A DNA stretch of 64,000 nt from Camelus dromedarius (lineage: Eukaryota). Positions 52,160 through 64,000 of this stretch are shown here, one piece after another; the stretch's first letter is position 1; each line of letters opens with the position of its first letter. The position numbers and the translations under genes are program-made. The notes under the pieces are model-generated. The model had not been told where the DNA came from. It saw nothing but the letters and a program-made list of their open reading frames with translations, and made no database searches. The stretch covers positions 100,256,001 to 100,320,000 of the forward strand of contig NC_087472.1 in NCBI RefSeq assembly GCF_036321535.1, read 5' to 3'.

Positions 52160-53968
52160 TGGGACTAACAAAACACAAATCATGAACTCTTTCAATACTG
52201 GTCACTAACTCACTTCTAACAGTCCATTTCAGAACGTGGAAGCTGATGGTGTTCTGAGGGACTATATATTCATATCTGCATTTAGAAGGGTTCCTCCTAG
52301 GTTGAAAATAATCTCAAGACATGGGCTTTGGGTTCAAAGGAAACTTAGACATAGGGCCTTTTGTCTCTGCGGCTAAGGAGTGTTTTGAGAGCAGTGTTTT
52401 AGCCATGTTACTCTATTCTTTAAAAACTTGCATTTCTCCTACCAAATAGCTCTTAGCGCTGGTTGAGGCAAAAAAAAAAAAAAAAAAAGTATTATGCTGA
52501 AGTTTACTAATGGCTTGATATAACATAACCCCTACAGTATTTATTACTTAAGTGCCTAACTCTTATCAGAAGATGGTTTATTCACTATACAAAAAGGCTA
52601 TGTGATATTATGTTTGAATTTTGAAAAATGAGATAATTTCTAAGATACCATAAAACCTCACTGGCTACAGCTAACTGAGAAATTGGAGGAAAGAAAGGCA
52701 GGGAAGTTTCATTTGCATTTCAAGAATTTTTTTTCTAAATTGTAGTGAAACTCTGTTTTTTTTGCTCAGCATGCATTCCCCAAATCCTTTGATAATAACC
52801 TAACCCTCTTTGGGTGACCACCCTGTATCCCACCCTCAGTCTTGTAATTCAGGTACAGCTGACCCTACCCCAGTTCCAGGAATGAGCATGTGGAACATGT
52901 GACACAAACCTGGCCAATCAGAGTAATACACTCAATTGAATACAAAGATTGGTTTAAGGAAAGGCACATGACCAAAGTCAGGCCGAACTGAGCCAATATG
53001 ATTCAACTCCACGATTTTTATTGGAATTCCTGGGATGGAGGGATGTTCTGTTGAACAGTTGTATGAAAGCCTAGAGCTACTGGCAGTTATCTTGCTACCA
53101 TGAGGAGACAGTCACCTAAGAATGGAGTCTACTTAGAGGGAAAACAGAAGAGAGTTGGAAAGAGCAAGGTCAATTTCTGATGACATTGTTTGAGCCCCTA
53201 GATCAAGCCTTTCCTGAAGTCAGTCTCTGTCTTTTTTTCAGTTAATTGACCAATAAATTCCTTTCCTCCTTAACTTCAGTTTAATTGGATTTGTTATTTG
53301 TAGCTAAAAAAGTCCCGATTAATAGAGAAAAAAAATCTATATTGTTTTAAATACATGCAATAATTAAATCTAAGCTAGAAAGTAGAAGAGATCTCTAGGG
53401 ACCCTGTTTCAGTGATTAGATAATTATGGCATCTAATAAGCCTAATTAATTCCCTTGTAGTCAATCCTTTGGGGAAAATTTATTTCCTTAAATCTTTTAG
53501 AGATCTTATTTATAATTTTCATTTGTGTTCCTGAGAAATAGTTTCCTCAGAAAGGATCCATTTTTACTCCTATTTTAACTAAAACACATCAGTGGGATTT
53601 TACTGTGGAAGGCTCACAGTGTCTCTCAGCCTGACGAATAACTGGATGTGCTGATATCCTGATCACGGACAATCTTGACAAAGAGAAAAACTAAAAACAT
53701 ACTATTTTTTAGTCTTCAGCTTCAAGGTATTATTACATTCAATAAACTTCTGCTCCATTAATCAATGTATACTGTTTTTCATTATAAAACATTTGGAGGC
53801 CCAACCGAAAAAGATCTGAACAATATTGTGATTATTATGTTGTTTTTCTTTAAACATCTTCAGGAACTTTACAAGTTTTCCTATTCATTACTATCCATTT
53901 TGGGGGTTAATATATTACGTTAGTAGATTCTCTGGATTATTAATAAGGTGCTAAATGTTACATTATGA

Positions 53969-54150
53969 CAAGGGACTCACAACCCTGGCTGCTGATTGGA
54001 ATCACCTGGGGAGCTTTTCAAAAATACTAAATGACATGGCCCCACCCAAGACTAATTGAATCAGAATTTTTTGGAGTAGGGTCCTGGCATCTGTGTTTTT
54101 TAAAAGCTCCCCAGGTGATTTTAATGTTCAGCCAGCGCTAAGAACAACTG
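53969..54150. mobile_element. MER5-like hAT MITE
   Basis: aatcacctggggagctttt...aaagctccccaggtgatt internal inverted repeat. Confidence 0.8.
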
Positions 54151-54830
54151 CATTATTGGAAAAATTGACTAGAATTCTATGATTTGTTTCAGTAAGGAGT
54201 TATTTAGTAAGGAATCCTTTAAACACATCCTTAATTCCTTAAAATGAAATTTGGAAAAATTATATGTGTATACACACACGCATGAACACACACTCACACA
54301 TACATGAACTGCATTGTATACCTGAGCAACTCCCTTACATTCTTGGAAATATTGAAGCACCTTTCACCAAATCTGATTCTTTGAAGTCTCTTTTCAAAGG
54401 AATGTATAAGAGGCCAGCCGTTTGCCATGTGTTAGAATATCATTTTTTCTTCAAGGTGAATTATCTCCATCATTATCCTCAAATATCATCTATTTGAAAT
54501 TGCACAGTTCTACTATATTGTTTCTTAATTGACTTTCCTCTGTAGAGGGCTTACTTACTATTTTTCCAACTCTAGTCAGTAGTGTCTGCACTTTGAGGAA
54601 GACTTACGATTACTGTCTCAGATGCTATTATCTTCTTCTTGCTTCTAAATAGCACATAAAACCTAAAAAGACCCAAAGAAACTTTAGGGAGAGAAACCTA
54701 GAGTAAGGTGGCAGGATGAAGCCAATCATAGAATCTCTTCCCCTTAATATGAAAAAACATGGGATTTTTAAAAATAGTAAAAATTTACCAACAGCAAGCA
54801 TAGAAGATAAGAGGTATTATCTGGTGTCAT

Positions 54831-54970
54831 GAAAGAGAAAAGAAAGGAAGGAAGGAAGAAAGAAAGAAAAAAGAAAGAAAGAGAAAAGAAAGAAAGAAAG
54901 AAGAAAGAAAGAAAGAAAGGAAGGAAGAAAGGAAGGAAGAAAGGAAGGAAGAAAGAAAGGAAGAAAGGAA

Positions 54971-55056
<86 letters not shown>

Positions 55057-55059
55057 AAA
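54831..55059. repeat. Compound (GAAA)n/(GGAA)n purine microsatellite
   Basis: ~230 bp of pure A/G. Confidence 0.97.
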
Positions 55060-56004
55060 AGGGTGGCTGGAGCAAGAAACAGATGATTTGGGCTCTTATC
55101 AGCAAAGAGACCTGAGTGCTTCATCAGAGACAGAAAAAAAAAAAAAAAAACAAACAAACCCTGAGTGTACCATTTAGTATGGATTCATACAAAATTGGGG
55201 GCATAATTCCAAGCCTAAGGATACAACATGTTAAAAACAGTTTATGTCCCCAAGTATGAGGTCTGAACACCTCCTATAGAACACAGAAGAAATTCTTTAA
55301 AGACAGTTCATGTCCCCCAGCAAAGGAAGCACAGAACTCCAGCTGAACTGTCTACCTCGACCTCTATGACCTTACCATCAGTATAGAGAAAAGTATATAG
55401 AACACTGTTTAGACCTCAGCCTGGAGCTACATGAAGAAGATAAATGAGTTTTAGGTAAGTTAGAAGAGGATCAAAAATTCACTCATACATGTCAAAGAAA
55501 ACAGAAGGTCCAGACAGCTGCCAATGAGAAAATAAAAATAAGACAAAAAATCAAGATGAAATGCTAAAACAGCAGATGTGGCTACTAAGGGAGATGTCAG
55601 AGTTAAGGAAGCAAACTGAGACCAGAACAATGTTATTAGAGATTGAATAAATTAATTAGAAGCAGCAAGAACTGACACAAGGTGAAATAATAAATCATTG
55701 ACAGAGAAAAAGCTTAACGATATACATTCAGAACAGAGGAAGAACAAATGGTAAAATTTTAGACTATTAGTAATTGAATAGAATTGAGTCACACCTGGAC
55801 TAAGGGATCAGCATTAACATCATGAATAAGGGACATGATAACCTGGGAAGGACACAACACATATAGTATTTTGGATGTACTATAACTGTAATCTAAGGAA
55901 CATTCCATTGAAAAAAAGGAAAAGGTCTGTATTCTTTTAAAATGTCAACATCATAAAAGACAAATGCAGAGGAACTCAAAGGAAACTCAAGAGGATGACA
56001 AGTA

Positions 56005-56196
56005 CTATGGTCTGAATGCATGTATCTCTCCAAAATTTGTATTTTGCAAGCCTAATGCCCAAAGGTAATGGTATTAGTAAGTGGGGTTTTGGGGACACAA
56101 TTAGGTCATGAAGGCAGAGCCTTTATGAATGGAATTGGTGCCCTTATAAAAGGCCCCAGACAGCCAGTTTGTCCCTTCCACCATGTGAGGACACAT
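56005..56196 (+). mobile_element. MLT1A-like LTR fragment
   Basis: tatggtctgaatg...gtgcccttataaaag...ccaccatgtgaggacac. Confidence 0.75.
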
Positions 56197-57190
56197 GTTA
56201 AAAAAGAAAATGTAGACAATTTTGGTCCCATCAAAATTAGAGTTTTGTGTTTCAGAAAACAACATCAAGACAGTGAAAAAACAAACCACAAAATGGGAGA
56301 AAAATTTTGCCAATAATATATCTGAGAAGGGATTTGTATCTAGAATATATCAAGAACCCTTACAACTTAGTAATTAAAAATAACCCAATTAAAAAATAGG
56401 TAAAGGATCTGAATAGATATCTCTCCAAAGAAGATGTACAAATGGACAATAAGCGCATGAAAAGATGCTCAACATTATCAGCTATCAGGGAAATGCAGAT
56501 CAAAACCACAGTGAGATATCACCTCACACCTACTAGGATGGCTCTAACCAAAAAGTCAGCTCTTAAGTTCTTCGAGGATATGGTGAAATTGGAACCCTCA
56601 TATATTTTTGGTAGGAACGTAAAATGGTGTAGCTGCTTTGGAAATCAGTTTGGCAATTCTTCAAAAGGTTACACATGGTGTTCCCATGTGACCCAGAAAT
56701 TCCACTCCTGAGTATATACTAAGAGAAATAAAGACATATGTCCACACAAAAACTTGAACATCAATGTTTACAGCAACATTATAGCTAAAGGGTGGAAACA
56801 ACCCAAATGTCCATCAACTGATGAATAAAGTGTGGTAAATCCACAGAATGGAATATTATTTGACAATAAAATGAAGTACCGATACACGCTACAACCTTGA
56901 AACATTACACTAAGTGAAGAAGTCAGTCACAAAAGACCACATGCAGCATGATTCCATTTATATAAAGTGTCCAAAAAAGGCAAAACTATAGAGACAGAAA
57001 ATTGCATAGGGCTGAGAGAAAATGAGGAGTGGCTGCTAATTGGTACAAGGTTTCCTTTTGGGGTGATGAAAATGTTCTAAAATTGATTGTGGTGATGGTT
57101 GCACAACTGTGAACATACTAAAAGCCATTGAATTGTACACTTAAATGGGTGAGTTGTATGGTATGTGAATTACATCTCCATAAAACTTAT
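56197..57190 (+). mobile_element. L1MB-like 3' fragment
   Basis: Peptide [29 protein letters not shown]; 3'UTR ggggtgatgaaaatgttctaaaattgattgtggtgatgg. Confidence 0.9.
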
Positions 57191-58387
57191 TACTAAAAAG
57201 TGTTTGAACAAAGGAGGAAAATAGCATGGAAAAAATAGCATAAGAAAAAACTTTTGCTCTATTTTGATATTTAACAGATGACTCCTCCTTAGCGGTAAAG
57301 ATGTAAGGAATGGAAATTCACTCCCACAGTCATTCACTTAGCAAGATATTTATTGAGTTACTATGTACCAAGCACTGGGTTGAGAGCTGAGGAGAGCGAA
57401 CAAGACAGGCGTGGTCGCCATACTCATGACACTCTCATCTGGGAAGGGAGGGAGGCTACTTTGAGGAAGTGATGTTTGAGTTAAGCTTTTGAGGATTATT
57501 AAGAATAAACTAGATGAAGACTGGGTGTGAGGTAGAGAAGATTCGAGAGGAAACTGGGCCTCCTCTGGCAAAGAATCAGAGGATAGAGGACTGTGAGACG
57601 TGAGAGGCAGCATGGAGGATGCTGGAGGGGCTGGCAGATCCTGAGGGCTTCATAAGCCACGTTAAAAATTTGATCTTTATTTCAAAGACCATGAAATGCT
57701 GTTGACAGAATTTAAGGAGAGTGTTCAACTCATGTCTCCAGCGTGCTTTGCTGTTGAATTTCCCCCTGAGTCACACAAAAATGAAACTACCTGATTATGT
57801 CAGTGGAGATGATGTTGCTCCCCTCTTCTTACCAGATTTCCTAGTGCCTGGTTCTTCGATTTTGGGCCCTGGGAAACAGTATATGCAATTCCCAGATGGA
57901 GAAGGGAGGGGAGCATGTACAGAGGAGCCCTGAAATCAGGCTGGACCACGTGAGCTTTGGTGAGCTCAGCAACATCACTAACACAATGATCCATATGGAC
58001 ACACTAGCCTTCTTTCAGCTCTGGATGTATGTTGGGGGCTGATATCACTCCCTGTGACTCTAGGGTCTTGTTATTTACAGCTGCAATGCTAAAATTGGCA
58101 CAATTGGCACTTTATGAAATATGGGTGGAATAGCCCCTGGCCTCTGTTATATATTGCCTGGGCTATGAGCTGGTATCCTCAATTGAGTACAGGTGAAAAC
58201 AGATGGAAAATAAATTATCTTACAATTTTCAGTGTGTTTTCATTGACTTAGCATCTGCTGGAAAATTTGTTCTGAGAATAGCATCAAGGAGCTGATCTGC
58301 ATAGTAGGCAATGGCCAGCTGAGGCCTCTGAGAGATGGTTTCTCCATTGGCCAAGGAGCATTTTGCCAAAGTTCACAAGGCTATGGG

Positions 58388-58401
58388 GTTGCCTTGGCAA
58401 C
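58388..58401. promoter_or_regulatory. RFX X-box candidate GTTGCCTTGGCAAC
   Basis: Palindromic GTTGCC-NN-GGCAAC. Confidence 0.5.
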
Positions 58402-59459
58402 ACTAAGTACAACAAGACACTGATGTTCTTTAAATTTACCATAAGTCACAAGTTACAGTTGCTCTTAATTCTGTATCTGTAGAATATGGTTGATTTATTT
58501 TAACTTTTTTTCCTTGGCTGGATGTGGGGCAGGGAGGGGGGTGTCTTCTATGCTGTTAATGACAACTCAAAGCACTTTTTGATTCTCTTTGCTCTTGACT
58601 TTCCCTTCTTTTTTTCTTGTCCTCTTTTATTATGATACTTCTTGTTTCTTGAACTCTTTCCTCTGAGTGACCTGCTAGAATTTTGAGCTGATTCCACTTA
58701 GATAAGCCAAGTTCATCAAGATCAGCCACTAAACAATGTACTTTAAAAATCATTCAATTCCATTATGTGCAAGGTATGCACTCTGACCTCAGTGCAGCAC
58801 TGTGACTTTGCTTGTCACCTTACTTTCTTCCTAGGCTTCTCTGAAACCCAGTTCTATTGCTTCTCTTTTGTCGTGGTCCCAGGGACACCTCAGTACTCAT
58901 TCAAACCCATATATGATTAGTCTAAGCCAATCGTGGTGGTTCTATTTTCTTTGACAATGAATGAATGCTTGCTTGAAGAACTTCTGCAGCCATTTTCCCT
59001 CCAGCCTGAGGTGGAAGCCAACACTATTCTGGATAAGTTTCAGGGACGTGAAGTTGGAGCCCTAATGGACTATGCTTGGAGTCCGTGTTAGTTCTGAATT
59101 TCCTGTTACATGACCAAAAAAACACACTTAATAATGTTCCTTCTTAGTTCTCTGACCTCCACTTCTCAGGCTCCTTTATTAGTTTTGCTTCTTGCTGGGT
59201 TTTGTGCTTGGTACTCTTTTCTTACTTTCCAGTCTTCATGGATGAGCTCATCCATTCTCTTTGCTTCAACTACAGTTGACATATTGATGGCTTCCAGATC
59301 TCAATTTCCAGCTTAACCTCTTTCTCAAGCTCCATATTTGTATTTTCTGCTGCCTCGGGTCAAGAATGGTATCAACCTTGACTGCACTCCCCAGTCACTG
59401 AAGAACTTTAAAAATATATAGGCTTCCATGCCCATGGTCCACTAGGTTTAGAGCAAGCC

Positions 59460-59727
59460 CAGTGCTGTCCACTAGAACTTTCTGAGATGCTGGAAATGTT
59501 CCATTTATGCACTGTCTAATACAGTAGCCACTAGCCACATGTGTCTATTGAGTACTTGAAATGTGGCTGGTATGACTAAGGAACTATGTATATGTATGAC
59601 TGAAGCATTGTGCTGTACACCAGAAATTGACACAAAATTGTAAGCTGACTATACTTCAATAAAAAAAGAATGCAAAAAAAATGTTAATAGCCACATGTGC
59701 TAGTGGCTGCCATAATGAACAGTGTAG
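59460..59727. mobile_element. MER3-like hAT MITE interrupted by a ~95-bp L1 3' end (59586-59680)
   Basis: cagtgctgtcc...tagccactagccacatgtg...tagccacatgtgctagtggct; the insert matches the young L1 3' termini in the window. Confidence 0.75.
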
Positions 59728-62700
59728 CTAGCCCTTGCAAACCCTATTGACTACATCTGAGAATCTTTATGAACTTAAGTACAAAATAACTATTATTTCT
59801 ATTAGATACTACTTCTGCTCCACAGACAATCCGTTTGCGATTTAAACCATGGCCCACAGGAAGAGATATTTTACATAAAGACCCAGTACGTATTTGCATA
59901 TACTCACACAGATGCATATATGTATATACCTACTTACATAAAACTTACTATTTGTGAGGAACTCTGATGTTTTTCATCCTATTTTAGTCTATCAAAAAAC
60001 TGCTGGTCATGACCCACCAAATTAATTTCATGACCCATGAATGCATCAGGCTCCACAATTTGGTATATACAACCCCGTGGAGCTGTCTTGTCTCATGAGG
60101 TGCTTGTCTCTCTACTCTAGGCATTGAAGTCTTTGCCAGGTGCCACTGCTGCTCAGCCAGGCTCATCAGAGTTCTGTGGTTCCAGAGCCGTGGTCTGCAG
60201 CAATGAAGGGGAGAATATCCATCTTTCCTTTGTGTTTCAGAGTGTCAGAATGTTTCCAAAGCATGCAGCTGATATCTGAATCCTTGAAAACTTCTTATTG
60301 AAACAGCTCTTCTGGATTCCATTTATGGCTTTCCAGCTCCTGAATTTGTGAGTTTCCTTTGGGAGTTTGGAGGTAAGAAAATCTGAGTGACAGACATCAT
60401 GTTGTACTCAGAATTGCTTCTCATCCTTTGGCTCTTGGATTGCCTCTCCTGCCGGATGACCAAGGTTTCGCATTAGCTCAAGCTCTTTGTGTCCCTGGTT
60501 AGGTTCTCTCTCAAGAGGTTCCTTAGCCTCATGCATCAGGCATCTGGTGGGCCTGACTCCCACTTTAACTAACTTGCAGAAATTTCCTCAGACTCAATGA
60601 ACTTGATAGGTGTTCTGTGGGACCATGGTTGGATTCATTCTGCATCGGGTTGAGGGAACCTCAGAAAGGGATAGAGGGGAGAAGACAAGGAGGAGGTAAG
60701 AGGTGAATTAATCTCAAAGGATAAGTAGGAGCTTGGAGCAAGAGAGGGACTTGCTATGATGTCTTTCCAGCTTCCCGAGGTCAGATCAGTAGTCTTCCTC
60801 CTCTACTTCCACAACACTTCTTTCATCCTTCCATTATAGTCTTGTCACTTTAGAGTGGTTGTTTCTGTCTAGGCTTAGAGATCTTCAGGTACAAAGTTCT
60901 TGTTTTCTTCATCTTTGAATCCTTACCAATGGGACGCCTTTCCTCTTATAGAGAGAAAAAGCCACTGAGAGAAGAGACAGAGTATATTAGACATAATAGA
61001 TGAAGGTAAAGATTGAAGCAGATTCCCAGGAAAGAGACTCTGCCAGTAATTTCTTTCAGAGGCTCCAGGCCAGCCCCAGGTCCTCTTCTACTCTGGGTTC
61101 TTCTGGTAGCTTCGAGATCATTGAAGGCAATCTCAGAACCATCCCAGGATTCCTGCCCAAATGCTGAGTCTTTACCTCTAGCTGTGAGGTAGACCAAATC
61201 TCTAGAAAGATTTAACAACCAACCATGTCCTTTGAACCCAAGAAGTTCAGCATTCAGCCTCCGTCTCCTGCATAAAGAACCCAGCATGGCCTTGGTATAT
61301 TACATCTTGCTCCCAATCCAGATCCAAATCCCAATCAGGTGTGCCAGCAAAGGATTGAAGCGTTTTAGGTCTGAATTGGCCTTTGAGATTGTCTAGTAAG
61401 GTCTCCCTTACTGAACTTTCAAGAGAATTAGACTTCAGCCTACAGGAGTCCTTCAATCAACTTCCGTTCTGTTTCTTCTCCAGGATTTCCATGGAAATCA
61501 GTTATGAAGAAATGATAGATGTTCTGCTTCCTGCGAGCATTCATATTCTTACTTCTTAGTAATATCTACTGGGAGTACTGGAAGTGAGGAAACCCAGGAG
61601 GAGGAGGTGTGGGCAGAGTTGATGCTATTGTTAGGAGATGAATCTGAGTTCTGAAGGTACTTCTGGAGGTCACTGGAGACCCTTGCCTATGCAGCTCGCC
61701 CCATGCACAGGACACCACGGCCGCGGGTTGCTGAGATCCCGCGGGCAGCTGGAAGCCCGGGCACAGGTTGGAGGGGTGTGGAGGACAAGCTTTGGCTCCG
61801 AGACTGACTCTGGAAGAGCATGCCGCAGACCCAGTCCTGCTTCTGCTTTACTTCACTCCTCAAAAATTCTGCGGCTAATCTTGGACGTTTGGAAGTAGCT
61901 AAATCTAAGGGGGAACAGGAACATTGGCCTCTCAGCCCAACAGCATTTGTCTTTGCAGCTGCACTGCCCTCATAGCACAGGTGTACAGAGCGTGATTAAA
62001 TGACCCCAGAAAGCTGACTGTCTGGGGTGTGGTGCTCATTCTTTTACCCTGATGCAATTATCTCAGGGTGTGGGTACTCTCCGCCTCACTCCCCCCCCCT
62101 TTTTTTCCCCCACCCCCAAACTCTGGGTTTCAAACTCTGGTTTCACTATGAAAAACAGAGACACAAGGAGACAGGTTTCATGCTGTTGTTGATTTGCTTT
62201 TAGAACCACGAACTCCGGTTCCTTTTAGAAGTCAGCCCAAAAAGCAGGAAGAAAGGCAGGACAAACTTTTGAAAAATCTTTCCGCACCTTCACTGATCCA
62301 AATTTTAGTGTGATTTGGCAGGCAATTCAGGGTAACATGTTCCAGAGTTTTAACTTGCACATAATTGCCAGATTAGCTATTGTTTGACTTGTACAATTAT
62401 TAATGAAATGTGGGGGAAAAAATGGGTGGTAACTGCAAAGCCTGTGGCAATGTCTAGACACGGGGGTGGGGGTGGGGAGGCGGAGTACCAAAGGAGACGA
62501 CAGAGAATTTCCTTGACTTTGGTTTTTCTCAGACTCAGTATTTCTGTCTTGGCATAACAACATGTGGGCCGAGATATTGATAGGTGAGAGATAAGGTTTT
62601 GTTTAAAATGAAAAATCAAGTTTTAGGCTATATGCCAGAGACATTTCTCACTGAAGTGTGTTAAAAGAAAAGATGCAATCACTCAGGCTGGATGATAAAC

Positions 62701-62989
62701 ACACACATGTGCACAATTACACGCTGATTTTTAGATTTTCTAGAGCTACCACCATGTCAATCCAGCCAGGAGAGGAGGGAGATATTCAGGGTAACTTGGC
62801 TTTTGAGTGGAGAAGATTTTTGGTTCAAGAGAGCTTGTGAATGTCACACATGCACTTCTATAACCTTATGTCAGGGTCACAGCAGGGTGGGTGTCATGGC
62901 AGCAGGGTTATAGCATAAATCTGCTGACTGACTCATGAGAATTGGGGAGGAGAGACAATATATGGGATTATGAAATAATTTTTATTCTT

Positions 62990-63101
62990 TTTTTTAATGG
63001 GGGAGGTAATTATTTATTTATTTAATGGAGGTACTGGGGATAGAACCCAAGACCTTGTGCACACTAAGCACGCACTCTACCACTGAGCTATACTCTTCCC
63101 C
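62990..63101 (-). mobile_element. tRNA-derived SINE, camelid Vic-1 type
   Basis: Minus strand GGGGAAGAGTATAGCTCAGTGGTAGAG...GGTTCTATCCCCAGTACCTCC + AT tail + TTACCTCCCCC; perfect 16-bp TSD aataatttttattctt (62974-62989; 63102-63117). Confidence 0.9.
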
Positions 63102-63879
63102 AATAATTTTTATTCTTAATGTCTTGGCGTCTTCACTGCCCAGCAAATTCCCATCCCAGCCCACAGTGGGGAGAAGAAAGCTATGAGAGGAAATTAGACA
63201 AACACACAAGGGTTTTGGGTGAGACCTCCACAGGCAAAAATAAAAAAGAAAACACTTGTGTGTTTTATTGCTTTTGGTGTAAGTATCGATGGATAAATTA
63301 TGTACTATAATATTATACATAATGGGTAATTATGTACATACATGCAACTGCATATACTTTGTTTCACTCACATAAGTGCAAATTAAAATTTGAAGTAGCT
63401 GGTTAAGTGATTTTTATTCATGTTGGGAAAAGTCTTTCCCTTTGATTTCATTCAAAGCAAGGCAAGCATCTCCCTTCCCTAGTCTCTCAACCCACCAGGA
63501 CCTTCCTTACAGATAGACCCACGTTAGAAACAAGCATATGGTCTTCAATTCTCAAAGAACAGGCTTCCGGCAGTTTATAGGCCCCAGAGCTTGATCTTTA
63601 CCCTACCCTGACCTGGCCACAGTAGCTCAAATACTCAGCATCATTTCACTTCTTTACATCCATAAATAGTATGGCTCTGGGACACATGAGAGTAAGTTTT
63701 AATCAGTGTCCCTGAGGAAGAAGCTCAGGACAGGATGGGCAGCTGTCACAGGGAATAACCCTGGGCAGTGGAGGAAGTAGAGGCAACAGGAGTAGCCTAG
63801 AGGGAGCCTACAATAGAGGAGGGAGCTATAGGGATCAGAAAGGGCTGGGAGTTGTGGGGAATGGAGTCACAGTATTTTA

Positions 63880-64000
63880 GGGCTAGAAGAAACCTTTGAG
63901 AATATTGTAACACAGTCCCTTCATATTACAGATGAGGAAACTGAGCCTCAGAGAGATTAACTGATTTGTCCAAAGTCAAAGTATGTGCAACAGATCTGAA
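63880..64000 (-). mobile_element. MIR SINE (runs off the window)
   Basis: acagatgaggaaactgagcctcagagagattaactgatttgtccaaagtca. Confidence 0.8.

Noticed and set aside
54768..55157. K/E/R-rich and F/L/S-rich ORFs
   Set aside because: Translations of the GAAA microsatellite
63030..63101. tRNA-like sequence with A/B boxes
   Set aside because: Has a SINE tail and 16-bp TSD; a retroposed SINE, not a tRNA gene

Overview
Mammalian genomic DNA, probably camelid (a Vic-1-type tRNA-derived SINE at 62990-63101) and probably X-linked (intron-containing PDHA1). The left part holds the complete PDHA1 gene on the minus strand: 11 coding exons from 17403 to 1955, all introns GT-AG, 1173 nt CDS = 390 aa, with a CpG-island promoter. 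It converges with what looks like the last exon of MAP3K15 on the plus strand (~761-860). The remaining ~46 kb is repeat-rich intergenic DNA (young L1 3' ends, ERV1-like LTRs, MER5/MER20/Tigger DNA transposons, MIR/L2, microsatellites) with no other supportable protein-coding gene. The most striking unexplained structure is a degenerate ~62-bp tandem array at 31863-32698. It carries 10 CTCF-core-like motifs, 8 with a TGCAAT-like upstream module exactly 18 bp before the core, and lies next to an orphan CpG island and a divergently oriented CTCF site: a candidate insulator/TAD-boundary cluster. Also notable: a TSD-flanked 1.3-kb solo LTR ~0.6 kb upstream of the PDHA1 start codon with a near-identical partial copy, a (GCC)9 5'UTR repeat, back-to-back convergent polyA signals, and two strong RFX X-boxes. 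Repeat family names and cross-species comparisons are from memory, not database searches.
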